Shown here: positions 36,530 to 47,026 of the stretch, one piece after another
How positions within the stretch are numbered: the stretch's first letter is position 1
How the letters are laid out: the number at the start of each line of letters is the position of its first letter
NCBI RefSeq assembly: GCF_038025025.1
Contig: NW_027117339.1
Coordinates: 2,046,001 to 2,110,000 of the forward strand
Direction of reading: 5' to 3'
DNA length: 64,000 nt
Source of the DNA: Phyllosticta citribraziliensis
Lineage: Eukaryota
Made by a program: the position numbers and the translations under genes
The notes under the pieces: model-generated
The model's input: only the letters and a program-made list of their open reading frames with translations
What the model was told of the DNA's origin: nothing
Database searches by the model: none

Positions 36530-37642
36530 TCAACTCTTTCTGGAATCCCCCTTCTCCTTGTCTCTCCACTCCACCATTTCCCTCTTCCTCGCATCCCACC
36601 TCCAGCATTCGCCGTCGCCAACATTGTATCGATAATAATTCTCCGTACCACCCCTCACAATGGCCTTGCGAAACGTAATATTGATTCTCCCCATGTCGCC
36701 CACCGTCTTCGCACTCCTCTTCGGGACGCCATGCAACCACGCTCCCTGCGTCGTCCCCCGCATGAGCACCATGTCGCCGCTAGCCAACGGCAGCTTGAGC
36801 GTCGGCGCCGCGCGGTCCAGCTTGTGCTTCATGACAAAGTCGCGGCGCGCGCCCAGCGACAGCGATGCAATGGCCGGGTCGCGTCCAAGGAACTTTTCGT
36901 CGTCCGAGTGCATGCTGATGCTGTCTGCGCCAGACGCGTAGTAATTGACGAGGCAGAAGTTGTACGTCTGGCCCGTCGCCTGCTGCACGGCGTCGCGCAG
37001 CGCGGCGAGACTGGAGGGCAGCGGCCGCGGCGCCCGCGTAAAGCGGTTGCTTGGGATGGGCGCACGCGTTTTTGCGTCGAGCAATTCCACTGGCGGCGCT
37101 TCTCCTGGAATGGCTGCGCCTTGGCCGTTGTGGTCGCTGTTGGGGCCGCCAAAGACGCAGCTCTCGTCGACTCCGAAGACGGTCGTGTACCGCGGCGTCG
37201 TCACATCGACAGGCCCGCTGCCGCCGCGGTTGATGGTGTAGCGCACGCGGTAGAAAGGTAGAGAGGCGCGCAAGTGCCGGAAGAGGTCATCGGCAGCACG
37301 CCGCGGGATGAAGGGCTCAAAGTACAAGAGGTCGAGAGCGGGGCCATTGCTTAAAGCACGCGCGGGGGAAGAAGGGGTTGCGGTCGCAAGAGCGCTTGTC
37401 AGGGGGCCTGGCAGCGCCGCAATGGGATGCGGGTAGGTGGGGTGTGTGGATGGTGGTTGAGAAAGCGCGTCAGGGGGTTGCAGTGGCGCCAATACCCCTA
37501 GCCGATCGCGCTTGGCGTTGTCACTGCTAGGAGTGGAACTTGGAAGACCAGTCGTGGGAATGTCTTCTGATTCGTCGACTTTGCTCTTCTTCTGCGCCAC
37601 AGGTTGGAAGAACGCGTCGAGTGTGCGTTTTGTCCCCGTCAT
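36530..37642 (-). CDS. AlkB-family Fe(II)/2-oxoglutarate dioxygenase (ALKBH2/ALKBH3-like)
   Basis: TPRYT lid region, YNFCLVNYYASGADSISMHSDDE (HxD), IASLSLGARRDF, WLHGVPKR and RINITFR. Confidence 0.9.
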   Translation of the reverse strand: MTGTKRTLDAFFQPVAQKKSKVDESEDIPTTGLPSSTPSSDNAKRDRLGVLAPLQPPDALSQPPSTHPTYPHPIAALPGPLTSALATATPSSPARALSNGPALDLLYFEPFIPRRAADDLFRHLRASLPFYRVRYTINRGGSGPVDVTTPRYTTVFGVDESCVFGGPNSDHNGQGAAIPGEAPPVELLDAKTRAPIPSNRFTRAPRPLPSSLAALRDAVQQATGQTYNFCLVNYYASGADSISMHSDDEKFLGRDPAIASLSLGARRDFVMKHKLDRAAPTLKLPLASGDMVLMRGTTQGAWLHGVPKRSAKTVGDMGRINITFRKAIVRGGTENYYRYNVGDGECWRWDARKREMVEWRDKEKGDSRKS

Positions 37643-39734
37643 GACGTTGCAATCCCCCCAAAACCGGCAAGCAGGGGATGACGTGATGCCGTTGCCTGTC
37701 AGACGCGATGGTAGGTCGCGTCTTCAGCACTCGCCCGGCCACACGTATAATACGGCAGCAGAACGCGTCCAATGATGTTCAAGTCGAGCAACCGAGGGCG
37801 AAAATGGACAGAATTGAGACAGGGCGGCACGGCGACAGGGATACCGGATATAGAAGCACGACACAAGGGCGTCCACGCACGAGGAAAAGCAAAGAATTGA
37901 GAAATTGCGCTCCTCCTTTGCAGAACGGGTCGCGAAAGTGATTGTGTAATAGGCGGGACGTGGGTCGACAGAAGTACCGGAACAGTACATCTACAGGTAC
38001 GCGAGGGCGCCGTATCGCTTCTATGACATCATCGCTGTTTGGTGGATTCGCGCTGGTTGTCGTCGTCCAATTTTGTGCCGACCCTGTCAACCAGTCACTC
38101 GAATGCTGCGCTTTACTTTTGGAGACCGACTGTAGTCAGCAAACCTTATTCCAGTACTCTTTTCAAACATCAATGCGCATTTTCGCGTGTAGCTTGACTT
38201 TGCTACACCAACGAGTGCAGTAACGCAGGGATCTGCCCTCGAAGGAGCTGAGCCGTTAACTTGAGGCCTTCGTAGATACTGGCCCCTTTAAACTTGAATC
38301 TTTGACTACCCCTGGAAGCACATAATCTCCAGTCATCAGCTTATCGTATCGCTGACCCGCGCACGGTATGCACATAGCGAGGCGAGGTGACACGGGCGAA
38401 ATTGATCTGTGGATAGGCACTAAGACACTTCATCTCCTTGGTGTGAAAGCCAAGTTGCTCTAGCCGGTTTTTGCCTAGGCATAGCGAGCAAACTCGGTAT
38501 CGGTAGTACGATACTCACTGACTCTTCATTTCCATCCCTGCCACGCACTATTTCAATGCCCTTAGCTCCCTTTGTTAGATTCGGCACCACCAGGGCCATG
38601 TTGTATTGATTGCATTTTTTCTTGGGAGAAAATGGTGGAAGTATGGTCCCGAAACTCAGGTGGGACAGATAGGCGCTGAAAGTGACGCCTTGACTTGCTC
38701 ATAATGAGGGTCAGTGTTTTGACATACTTGCTAGGGTTATCGAGAAGATCGTGATGGGAGCCGAAATGCGCTCGGTCCTCTTGCCTGCAGGCAAGCAGAC
38801 GGGCACGAAACCGCCGCTCGTGAGCGGAAGTAGCTGCTGTGCTTCAGACTTGAGGTTGACTGGCTGGGTATCTCGTATTCGGGGGCAAAAATGTATCCGA
38901 TGGCTCGGTGCGACTTCCTATTTTCGACCGGCCGCTACTACGGCTTGTTCAAGAAGGGCGAGCGGGTCGACCGTGGCGACGGGCCGTGAAATGCGATGCA
39001 ATTTGGCAACTTGGAGGTCGAATAGCAGCCAACTGAATTTGGGACGCACAGTAGCTCAAGTTGAAGCATCGAACAGGCTTTCGGGGTAAACTTCCCACGC
39101 CTGACTGAAGAATTTGGTTGAGTTGATGCAGATAGAAAAGATCCAATCATCATCAAGGCAGACGTCAAAGAACTCGATTGTGTCCCCGCCGTGCTATGTG
39201 CAAGATGTCTGTCTGAAGGCGTTTTCGTATTTATCATGTCGAGAGATCCTGTAAGACACTGTGGAAATGGCCGAGGCAAATTGTTGCTAATGCTGTCTAT
39301 GTTGCAGGCAACAGAATGTCTCATGCTGTTTTCCCAGGGCTTGGATGCTCCTTGGTGCCACTTCTTGATCATGGTGACTTGTTTGGGAAATGTTTGCGCA
39401 GACGAATCTTTGCGACTAGGCTCGATCATTCCAGATGTTGTGGACTTGAATGCTTGTCATAACCTTGAGCCAATTGTAGTCAAGGCATTAATGCGCACTG
39501 GAAGAAAGAAGACGGCGTGAACAAGTCGAAAGCAATCCAAGAGAGTTTGCGTGGCTTGTTAACAAAGAGCATGACTTCCAGGGCGCTCAATCCCGTGGAG
39601 TCGCAGTGATCTCGAAGTCTGCAGTTGAGCGATGGGTCCGGACAGAATCGCTCGTCTTCAGCACCGAGGGTCGAGTCTACCCCCTCTCGTGTACGTGCGT
39701 CAGCCTTCGAGTGGAATTTCGCGTCATGTCCCCC

Positions 39735-40544
39735 TCAGTGCTGCAATACGACGGGCTTCCCCGGCTCCCAATCTTCCAGACTTTGCTGGATGTTGCTCCA
39801 GTACCTCAACTTGACCGCCTCCCTCTTTGCCGTTTCCAAGTTGCTCTCTCTGAACGCCTCATCAAGTACGCTCACGCTCTCGTCGACCTTGACATCATTT
39901 CTTTTCTTCATGGCTCGAATCTCTTCCTCGCCCTCGGCTTCCTCGATCGCTTCCCGCGCCTCCAGCACCTCCATCAGCAGCTCCGGATCCTCGATTTTCA
40001 GGCTCTCATCTTCTGCCACCTCGATCCCTTGTAGCCGCAAAAGATATTGCGCCCTGGCCAAAGGCGACTGCAGCGTTTTGTAAGCTTCGTTGATGCGCGA
40101 CGAGAGCGCCTCAGCGGTGCGCTTGTGCGCCTGCGGATGAAGGTCCGGGTGTGCAAGGGCTTGGAGGCGCAAGAATTCGCTTCGCAATGCGCGTAGATCA
40201 ATGTCGAAAGGTCCGGCGGGCGGAGGTCCATGAGATAGAGTATTCGGGAAGAGCGAGTAGTGCGTGTGGTCGGGCTGTTGTACGGCGGTGGCGATTTTCT
40301 GAAGGGCCTCAGGGAGTGCCGAGACCGAGGCAGAAGATTGTTGCTGGCATCTGCTAGTCCTTGTGAAAGAACGCTGTGCTCCAGGCATGCAGCTTCCGCG
40401 TGTTGCAGCAGAAAAGCGCGACGACCGCAGGTGCAGCGGTCGGATGGGCGGCGTCGAAGCGGCGGGACATTGGAGTTCACGCCGAACGGCAGAGCGAAGC
40501 CAGCTGATTGTTTGCGGTGTCACGGAGCGCATTTTTGTTGACAT
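39735..40544 (-). CDS. JAC1: Mitochondrial Fe-S cluster co-chaperone (HscB/Hsc20 J-protein)
   Basis: Presequence, FDIDLRALRSEFLRLQALAHPD, SSRINEAYKTLQSPLARAQYLL, DPELLMEVLEAREAIE and LRYWSNI. Confidence 0.93.
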   Translation of the reverse strand: MSTKMRSVTPQTISWLRSAVRRELQCPAASTPPIRPLHLRSSRFSAATRGSCMPGAQRSFTRTSRCQQQSSASVSALPEALQKIATAVQQPDHTHYSLFPNTLSHGPPPAGPFDIDLRALRSEFLRLQALAHPDLHPQAHKRTAEALSSRINEAYKTLQSPLARAQYLLRLQGIEVAEDESLKIEDPELLMEVLEAREAIEEAEGEEEIRAMKKRNDVKVDESVSVLDEAFRESNLETAKREAVKLRYWSNIQQSLEDWEPGKPVVLQH

Positions 40545-40970
40545 TGCAAATGGCTTGGACGAGGGAGGGGTGGGGGGTGGGGAGAAGGTGATGAGAAGAG
40601 GTAGTTGTGTAGGCAGTCTGTCAGCTTGGAAAGAACCTTGAAGTCGCGAAATCCATGTCGGGTGCAGCACTCATGACTCAAGCACAAACGTCATCATGCT
40701 CGATCTGACTCCTTGCATCATTCATTGTACCAAAAATCACGATACCTGGACGAGACAAACTAAGGTAGTGGATAAGCTGAAATTTTGGTTGCTGTATCTG
40801 AAAATGTGGGTATCTGTAAAGCTATCTCGAGCTGAATAAAGAAAAGAAAGGCATCCCTTTCACCGACCATGCAAATGCTTAAGCCAAGACCCCGAAAAGT
40901 GGAAGCCATCCCTTGTCGACTATCCAATAGCGACTACTCCGTAAATGCATTGACCCCCAATTCTGACCAC

Positions 40971-43403
40971 TCAAGCGGCTTGGGCAATTGGCTCGCTCCC
41001 ATGTTGTTGTTGTTGTTGCTGTTGTTGCTGTTGTTGTTGTGGTTGCTGTGGTTGATGATGATGTTGCTGTTGTGGAGCCATACTTTCCCCGTGGTCTCCG
41101 TTTGTTTGTTCTCCGTTGACCCGCGGGCTTGCAATTTTCCCACTCTCTACTTTGCTTTGCGATTCGACCCTGTGCGATTCATCTCTAGCTTGCTCGCCCA
41201 CAGGGTCCGGCATGGCCGTAGCCGGCGGCGAGTGCGCTTCGTGTTTGATATGAGGTCCAGCATCAGGACCTGAACGTGACGGAAAGAATTTGTCGTGATA
41301 GTCTCGCTGGGCTAGTTGATCATTGATTCCGTTGGGAAATATCTGCCTCATGATGGCGTCGTGGCGATCTTGCCCGGTGGCGTGCTCTGCTTCTGGCGTG
41401 TTGGAACCGTTGCTACTCATCGGCTGTGGAGTGCTCATGCCATCAAGACCCGAGTTGGGTGAGTGGGACCCATTGACACCCAATTCAGCAATTCTTTCCT
41501 GTTCCTTGCGCGCGTGGACCTTGCGAAGATTGGCGGCGCTGCTTTGCGAACGCATGTCCGGTAGGCCGTCCTTGCGAATAAGAACTCCCTGGGCGTTGCG
41601 GAAAGGCTTTGTCCGCGTTTTCTTGGTGTGGGCATAGGGATCCATTGAAGATGAAGTTGACGGGCGAGCAATCTCGACAGGGCGCATCGCCAACGGGCCA
41701 CCTCCTCCAGACCCCCGGCGCACGAGGCTGTTGCTGCGGGGCATTTTGGGGCCACTGGGAGTGCCCTCGATGCCGTAGTAGCCCTCCCGAAGAAGTTGAG
41801 TCCCAGTCCAGTCCATAGGCGGCTTGTCCCACTCCGGCGTTTCGACAGCCCTGGTGTCTGCAGGTAGGCTCTTTCGGCCTCGCCCGCGTCCACCGCCTCG
41901 ACCCCTCCTTGGAGGATCTCTTGTAACCGACATTGTGCTTCTGGGGTCAGAGTGCCAACCTTCGGCGGTATCAACCATTTGAGGATATGGGACGAACGAG
42001 GAAGGTGTCGAGACGGAGTGGAAAGCGCCCTCATTCATGTTCCTGTGATCTTCCCTATCAACATCCATTCGATCAAAAGATCCTCCCGACTCTGGCCCCA
42101 GCCTGGGCTCCAAAGGTGCAAGCTTTGGCCTCTTGGGAGAGCCTGTAGATGCTGAGCGTACCTCGGGCGAACCTTCGACGCCATTAGGTAGCTGACGTTT
42201 AGCGCCTGGATTCACCGGGACCCAGCCATTCGTCTGCTGGGGTTGGCTGACCTCGACATGTTTAACGTCTTGCTGTGCTGGACCGAGGGCGGCGTGTGGA
42301 TGACGGGACTGTGGCTGCGGTGCTTGTTGTACGAAACGCGCTTCAGGACGAGGCTCTCCATGACCAGCGACGTCCAGAGCCGGCGAGCCATTGTGGAAGC
42401 TCGCAGCAGGATGCGGCTGAGGGTGCTGTGGCGGTTGCTGTGGCGGGAGCACTTGACTGTGTCCGTAGCTCGACGCAGCTGCCGAAGTTGGTGTCGGAAG
42501 CGTTGTCGCAGAAGGACTGGGCCCAGAGTCCGGACCTTTGTGCTCCAGCAACTTGATCCGACGCTTGAGAATCTCCAGTTGCATCTTCAACCCATCAACT
42601 TCATTGACCTTGGCTGAAACATGATCGAGACTGTTTGCAAACGCTTCCAGCACGCCATCGTCAATGTGACTGAGAGACCGCTGACCCGCCGCAGGGGCAG
42701 CAGGGACGGCCACGGGCGCAGTGGGACGTGAGTGTAGTTCTTGTCGCATGGTAAAAACCAGGCTTTCTATGCGGGACATTTGATCGGCCAGCTTGAGGAT
42801 GTCTTGAGCCAAGACTTCGCAATTGCGGCTTTGAGCATCCACTCTTCCTCCCAACAAGTCGAAGTTGCGGCGTTGGGACTGCAGGCCACCTTCGTGGTGG
42901 GAGATTTGGACCTGCAATCGCTGCAAGGCGTCGAACTGAACTTCCTGCATGCTGGGACTCTGGGGAAGGTGACCATTGGTGCGAGGAAAGATGCCAGGAA
43001 TTGACGAAGGTGTTGGATTAGCGGATGTGGAATAGTCCCTCGGGCGTGATGTTGGTGAGGAGGGTCTCGTGCTGGTTGGTGGGTAAATCTTCTTGGGGAA
43101 CTGGGTTGATTGGGGCACTGGAGAATGGTGTGCCGAGGAAGGCGCGGTCGAGGACGGTGCAGGCGGGTGGGCTGGAGCTGAGGCTGGTGAGGGATACTGA
43201 TGCTGGTGAGGGTGAGGATGATCATCCTTTTCCGAGATTGGGGGACCCCGTGGGCCCGAGTCGACGTCCATCATGACTTGGGATGACGTCGTCTGATGTC
43301 GTCCAGAGTCGCCTGGCGTTGGAGGGTGGGAATTGTGCGCGGGGGTGCGAGAGTCAAGAATGGACTGGGCGACTTTATCTAGCCGTTCGCTGCAGACTTC
43401 CAT
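40971..43403 (-). CDS. Uncharacterised nuclear protein: coiled coil, AT-hook-like RGRGR tract, KDGxPDMRS motif, C-terminal poly-Q
   Basis: Long ORF (about 810 aa from ATG 43403), with a probable 5'UTR intron at 43416-43556. NLS-like SPKRPK; RRGRGGGRGRGRKS; KKTRTKPFRNAQGVLIRKDGLPDMRSQSSAANLRKVH. Confidence 0.8.
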   Translation of the reverse strand: MEVCSERLDKVAQSILDSRTPAHNSHPPTPGDSGRHQTTSSQVMMDVDSGPRGPPISEKDDHPHPHQHQYPSPASAPAHPPAPSSTAPSSAHHSPVPQSTQFPKKIYPPTSTRPSSPTSRPRDYSTSANPTPSSIPGIFPRTNGHLPQSPSMQEVQFDALQRLQVQISHHEGGLQSQRRNFDLLGGRVDAQSRNCEVLAQDILKLADQMSRIESLVFTMRQELHSRPTAPVAVPAAPAAGQRSLSHIDDGVLEAFANSLDHVSAKVNEVDGLKMQLEILKRRIKLLEHKGPDSGPSPSATTLPTPTSAAASSYGHSQVLPPQQPPQHPQPHPAASFHNGSPALDVAGHGEPRPEARFVQQAPQPQSRHPHAALGPAQQDVKHVEVSQPQQTNGWVPVNPGAKRQLPNGVEGSPEVRSASTGSPKRPKLAPLEPRLGPESGGSFDRMDVDREDHRNMNEGAFHSVSTPSSFVPYPQMVDTAEGWHSDPRSTMSVTRDPPRRGRGGGRGRGRKSLPADTRAVETPEWDKPPMDWTGTQLLREGYYGIEGTPSGPKMPRSNSLVRRGSGGGGPLAMRPVEIARPSTSSSMDPYAHTKKTRTKPFRNAQGVLIRKDGLPDMRSQSSAANLRKVHARKEQERIAELGVNGSHSPNSGLDGMSTPQPMSSNGSNTPEAEHATGQDRHDAIMRQIFPNGINDQLAQRDYHDKFFPSRSGPDAGPHIKHEAHSPPATAMPDPVGEQARDESHRVESQSKVESGKIASPRVNGEQTNGDHGESMAPQQQHHHQPQQPQQQQQQQQQQQQHGSEPIAQAA
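41002..41072 (-). repeat. CAA/CAG/CAT trinucleotide tract encoding poly-Q/His
   Basis: (TGT/TGC)n on the plus strand; translates to QQQHHHQPQQPQQQQQQQQQQQQH. Confidence 0.85.
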
Positions 43404-45333
43404 TTTTCCCGATCCCTGTGAGACGACACATGTGAGCAAACGAATTAGAAGAGGAAGACGAAGAAGAAGGAGAAGAAGAAGAACAAGAAGAGAGCAGTGA
43501 GACAGGGTATGACAGGACAGGACAGGGCAGGGCAGACAACGGCAGGGGGCAGTTACCTGATAGGTCAATGGGCCTTTTTTGTCTCAGACGCCTTGTTGGA
43601 TGCTCTCGGAGCAGAGCAGAGACGATGGACGGCCAGCTGGCTTTGTATATGCAAGCGTAAGCGAGCAGGTGGATAGTAGGCAGAGGCACAGGGCTTCTGT
43701 TTAATAAAGAAACTTCAGTGCCGGCCAATATAGCTCAGAGGTATAAAGTAGATTAGCGCGTAACCGGCCCCCGGTGTGCTAGTGGAGTGCTGTGGGCAAC
43801 AAAGAAAGGGTGATTAACCTTTAGGGCGCTCTGTGCAGGGGATGCTGGAGTGGCGCTGGCTGGCGATGAAATTTGAGCGGCATGCTTCGAGAAAGCGATG
43901 ATAATATTACACGGCGGAAAAAGGCAAAAACTTACGACGACCCCTGCCGGTGATTGCGCTGCCCTCTGATTAAGGTTGCTGCCTTGGATGCAGCCATTTA
44001 CTCATCATGCTGTATCAATCGATGTACCTGTATGTTACCGTACGCACAAACGACGACACCCATGTCCTGTCCTGTTCCCCCTTCCTGGAATCACACTCCT
44101 CAATCGATCCCTCTTCACCTCTCCCCTACCCCCCTCCCCCGCAAACACAAATGCAAACAGACGCCAGCTCGACTGGTGGGCCGTCGTACCCATCAGCGTC
44201 ATCGGTGCTGATACGAGATCGCTTACGGCGGCCCTGTCTCTGAGTCTGGGCTAGCAGATCCACCTCTGCCAACGTGGAACGGCGCAGGATCTGGATTCAA
44301 GACGAGACGGCAGGGTGAGAGCGGCCGACGATCCCTCCACTCGCAACCCTCACAGCCTACCATCATACGGCACCTCACGCAAACGACGACTCCAGTGGCA
44401 TATAGGATGATAGGCGTCCGGTGCCCCAGGCCAATCACTCACATCACCCCGGACCATTTCCAGCTGCCATCATCATTTCAGGCCGTCGGGTGGTCCTTTT
44501 GGGCCCTGTGTGACTGGCCGAGATAAATCAGGGGCTGCATGTGTTATCGAGGTAGTTATTTGTGCCACCCAGATTCAATGTTGTACCGGCATTATTGCGC
44601 ATCCTGAGCGAAGCACGCCGTGCAACCACCGCATCCACCCACCGCTATAGCTGCGCCCGGCGCGACTATTGTCAGCTGATCCGTCCTATCCGGACCACCA
44701 AGCGCTCAGACCCTCGAGACGCGCTTCCTCCAGTCGCCATGTGTCGTCCGTCTTTGTTCCATTAATATTGCCTCTTGTCGCTCGCTGCCTGGGCCGAGGA
44801 AACACCTCGACGCTGATGTGCTGATTGCGGGAAGAAGGCCGCATCCCGTCGCTTGTGCCAACTTTTCTCCAGCAGCGCCACTGTCAAATTCTTCTCGGCA
44901 TCTTCCACGACTCCTCGCGCAAAATGGGTAATAGCTGTGCGCCCTGTCCTTACGTCAGCGCCTTGACGTCCTCTTTTTGGCCTCCTCCCGTCAGAGCCGT
45001 CGTAATTCCGCTGCCCGACTTCGGTCGTCGCTCGTTGGCTGGTTCAACCAAAGCCCTCTACGGCTGCGACGTGATTGGTCGCGTTGTCCCCGTCTGCTGT
45101 AGTACTGTAGGTTTTTCGGTTTCTCTAGCACGTACCCGTATAGGCCGCAAAGGGACCATGGCGAACAAACGGTCCCGCTCTTGTCGAAAGTAGGGCGCGC
45201 AGGACCAAGGGATGTCCTAATTTTCTTCCCTCACTCAAAACGCAAGCTGCAGTCGGTCTCATGGAATTTCCTTCTACTGACCAGTCTCTACTTGAACTTT
45301 CCTTCGCCGACTTCTCCGGGAAAAAAGAGACCA

Positions 45334-47026
45334 ATGTCGGCCACAGCAACGACCACTGTTGCAGCTCCGGCGGCCGCGTCGCCCCCGGCTATAATTAGGC
45401 TGGATGACTATCCATATCGAACTTCCAACCAAGGCGACGACGGCGCCAAGAGCAGCAAATCGCAATCGCCAACGTCTCCAGAACTTCCAGAATGGGCCGC
45501 CACAACTGCTCCACCCGACCCCGAAAATGTCGTCGAAGCCTCTCGCCTTGCCGACGCCGACGTCCCCGACGGCGGATATGGCTGGGTCGTCGTCGTAGCC
45601 GGTGCAGTGCTCGCCTGGTGGTTCATCGGCACGTCGTACTGCTGGGGCATTATTCAAGATGCTCTTGTGCAGCAAGGGGTCTCGACGGCGTCGACGCTTG
45701 CCTTTGTAGGCTCCTTGACGGTCGCCTGCAATGCCATTTTCGCGCCCGTTAGCTCCCGGGTGTTGCGCTGGATTGGATCTCGTCCAACCGCCTTCATTGG
45801 CGTGTCACTCCTTAGCGGCGGCCAGATCATCAGCGGCTTCTGCACGCACAGCGTTCCCGGGCTGTTCGTCTGCACCGGCGTCATTATGGGCGCTGGAATC
45901 AGGTTGGTTGGTCCGCGCTCTTACGCCACTCCGCGTCTGACTTGTTTGCAGTCTCTGCTACATCGTCGCAACGACAATCACGGCACAGTACTTCAGCAGA
46001 AAGCGAGGCGTTGCCAATGGCATCATCTACGCTGGCGGAGGACTGGGAGGTGCTTGCACCAGCCTCGCGATGAATAAGCTTATCGAGGAAGTGGGCCCAG
46101 CCTGGACCTTCAGGGTCACTGGTCTCGTCACTCTTGGCACCGCCATGCCCGCAGTCTTCTTTCTCAAGGAACGAACAGACATTCAATCCAAGAGGTTCAT
46201 TGACTGGTACGTTCAAACTATGAGATATGCACTCGAAACCGAAACAGACTTGTTGGTAACACGCAGTCCTGCAGGCGATTGGTCAAAGACTTTCGCTTCA
46301 TCTTCATATTCCTTGCAGGAGCCATCGGTACTTTCCCGCTCTTCGTGCCACCCTTTTTCCTGCCGCTCTACAGCAATTCGCTGGGCCTGTCTTCGGGCAC
46401 AGGCGCCGCGCTGGTGGCCGGGTTCAACTTTGCGAGCGCGCTTGGACGCGTTGGGTGTGGGTTCATGGCCGACTTGATTGGCCCGCTCAACACACTGTTT
46501 GTGTCGTTTGCCCTCACCGCCATCAGCATGCTCGCCGTGTGGCCCGTTTCTGAATCAATTGCGCCTCTTGCCGTCTTTGTCGTCATCAACGGCGCTGCCA
46601 ACGGTGGCTTCTTCTCGACCATGCCGACTGTGGTCAGCAACGTATTCGGATCGGCGAGAATGGCCGTAGCCATGGCCATGATCGTCACTGGTTGGACGGG
46701 TGGATACCTCCTGGTGCGTGCAAGCAGAAAACCCCCTCTCAGCTGTCAGGTCTCACCGTTTCATCGTCACAAGGCGACCGTGGAGTGGCGGTGCGTGTCG
46801 AGAACCAGGTGGCTCTGATCAACTTTGAAGCGACTGACAGATCTCAAACACCGTCTAGGGCGCACCGATAGCAGGTTTCATGCTCAATGCGTACGGAGGC
46901 GAAGAGGCGGGCTTCCAGGCGTACCGGCCAGCCATTTTTTACGCCGGCTCCATGGCTCTGGCGGCGGCCGGTCTAACCGCTTTCGTGCGCCTCAGGATCA
47001 ATGCAAACCTGACGGGCAAGTTGTGA
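45334..47026 (+). CDS. MFS monocarboxylate transporter-like protein (MCH family); 3 introns
   Basis: VPDGGYGWVVV, QYFSRKRGVANGIIYAGGGLGG, FVPPFFLPLY, ADLIGPLN and GYLL|GAPIAG. Confidence 0.9.

Noticed and set aside
38490..39035. Resemblances to RNase P CR-I/CR-V, SRP helix 8, the U1 5' end and a hammerhead core
   Set aside because: Only partial word matches; the partner elements needed for each family were not found in the right order.
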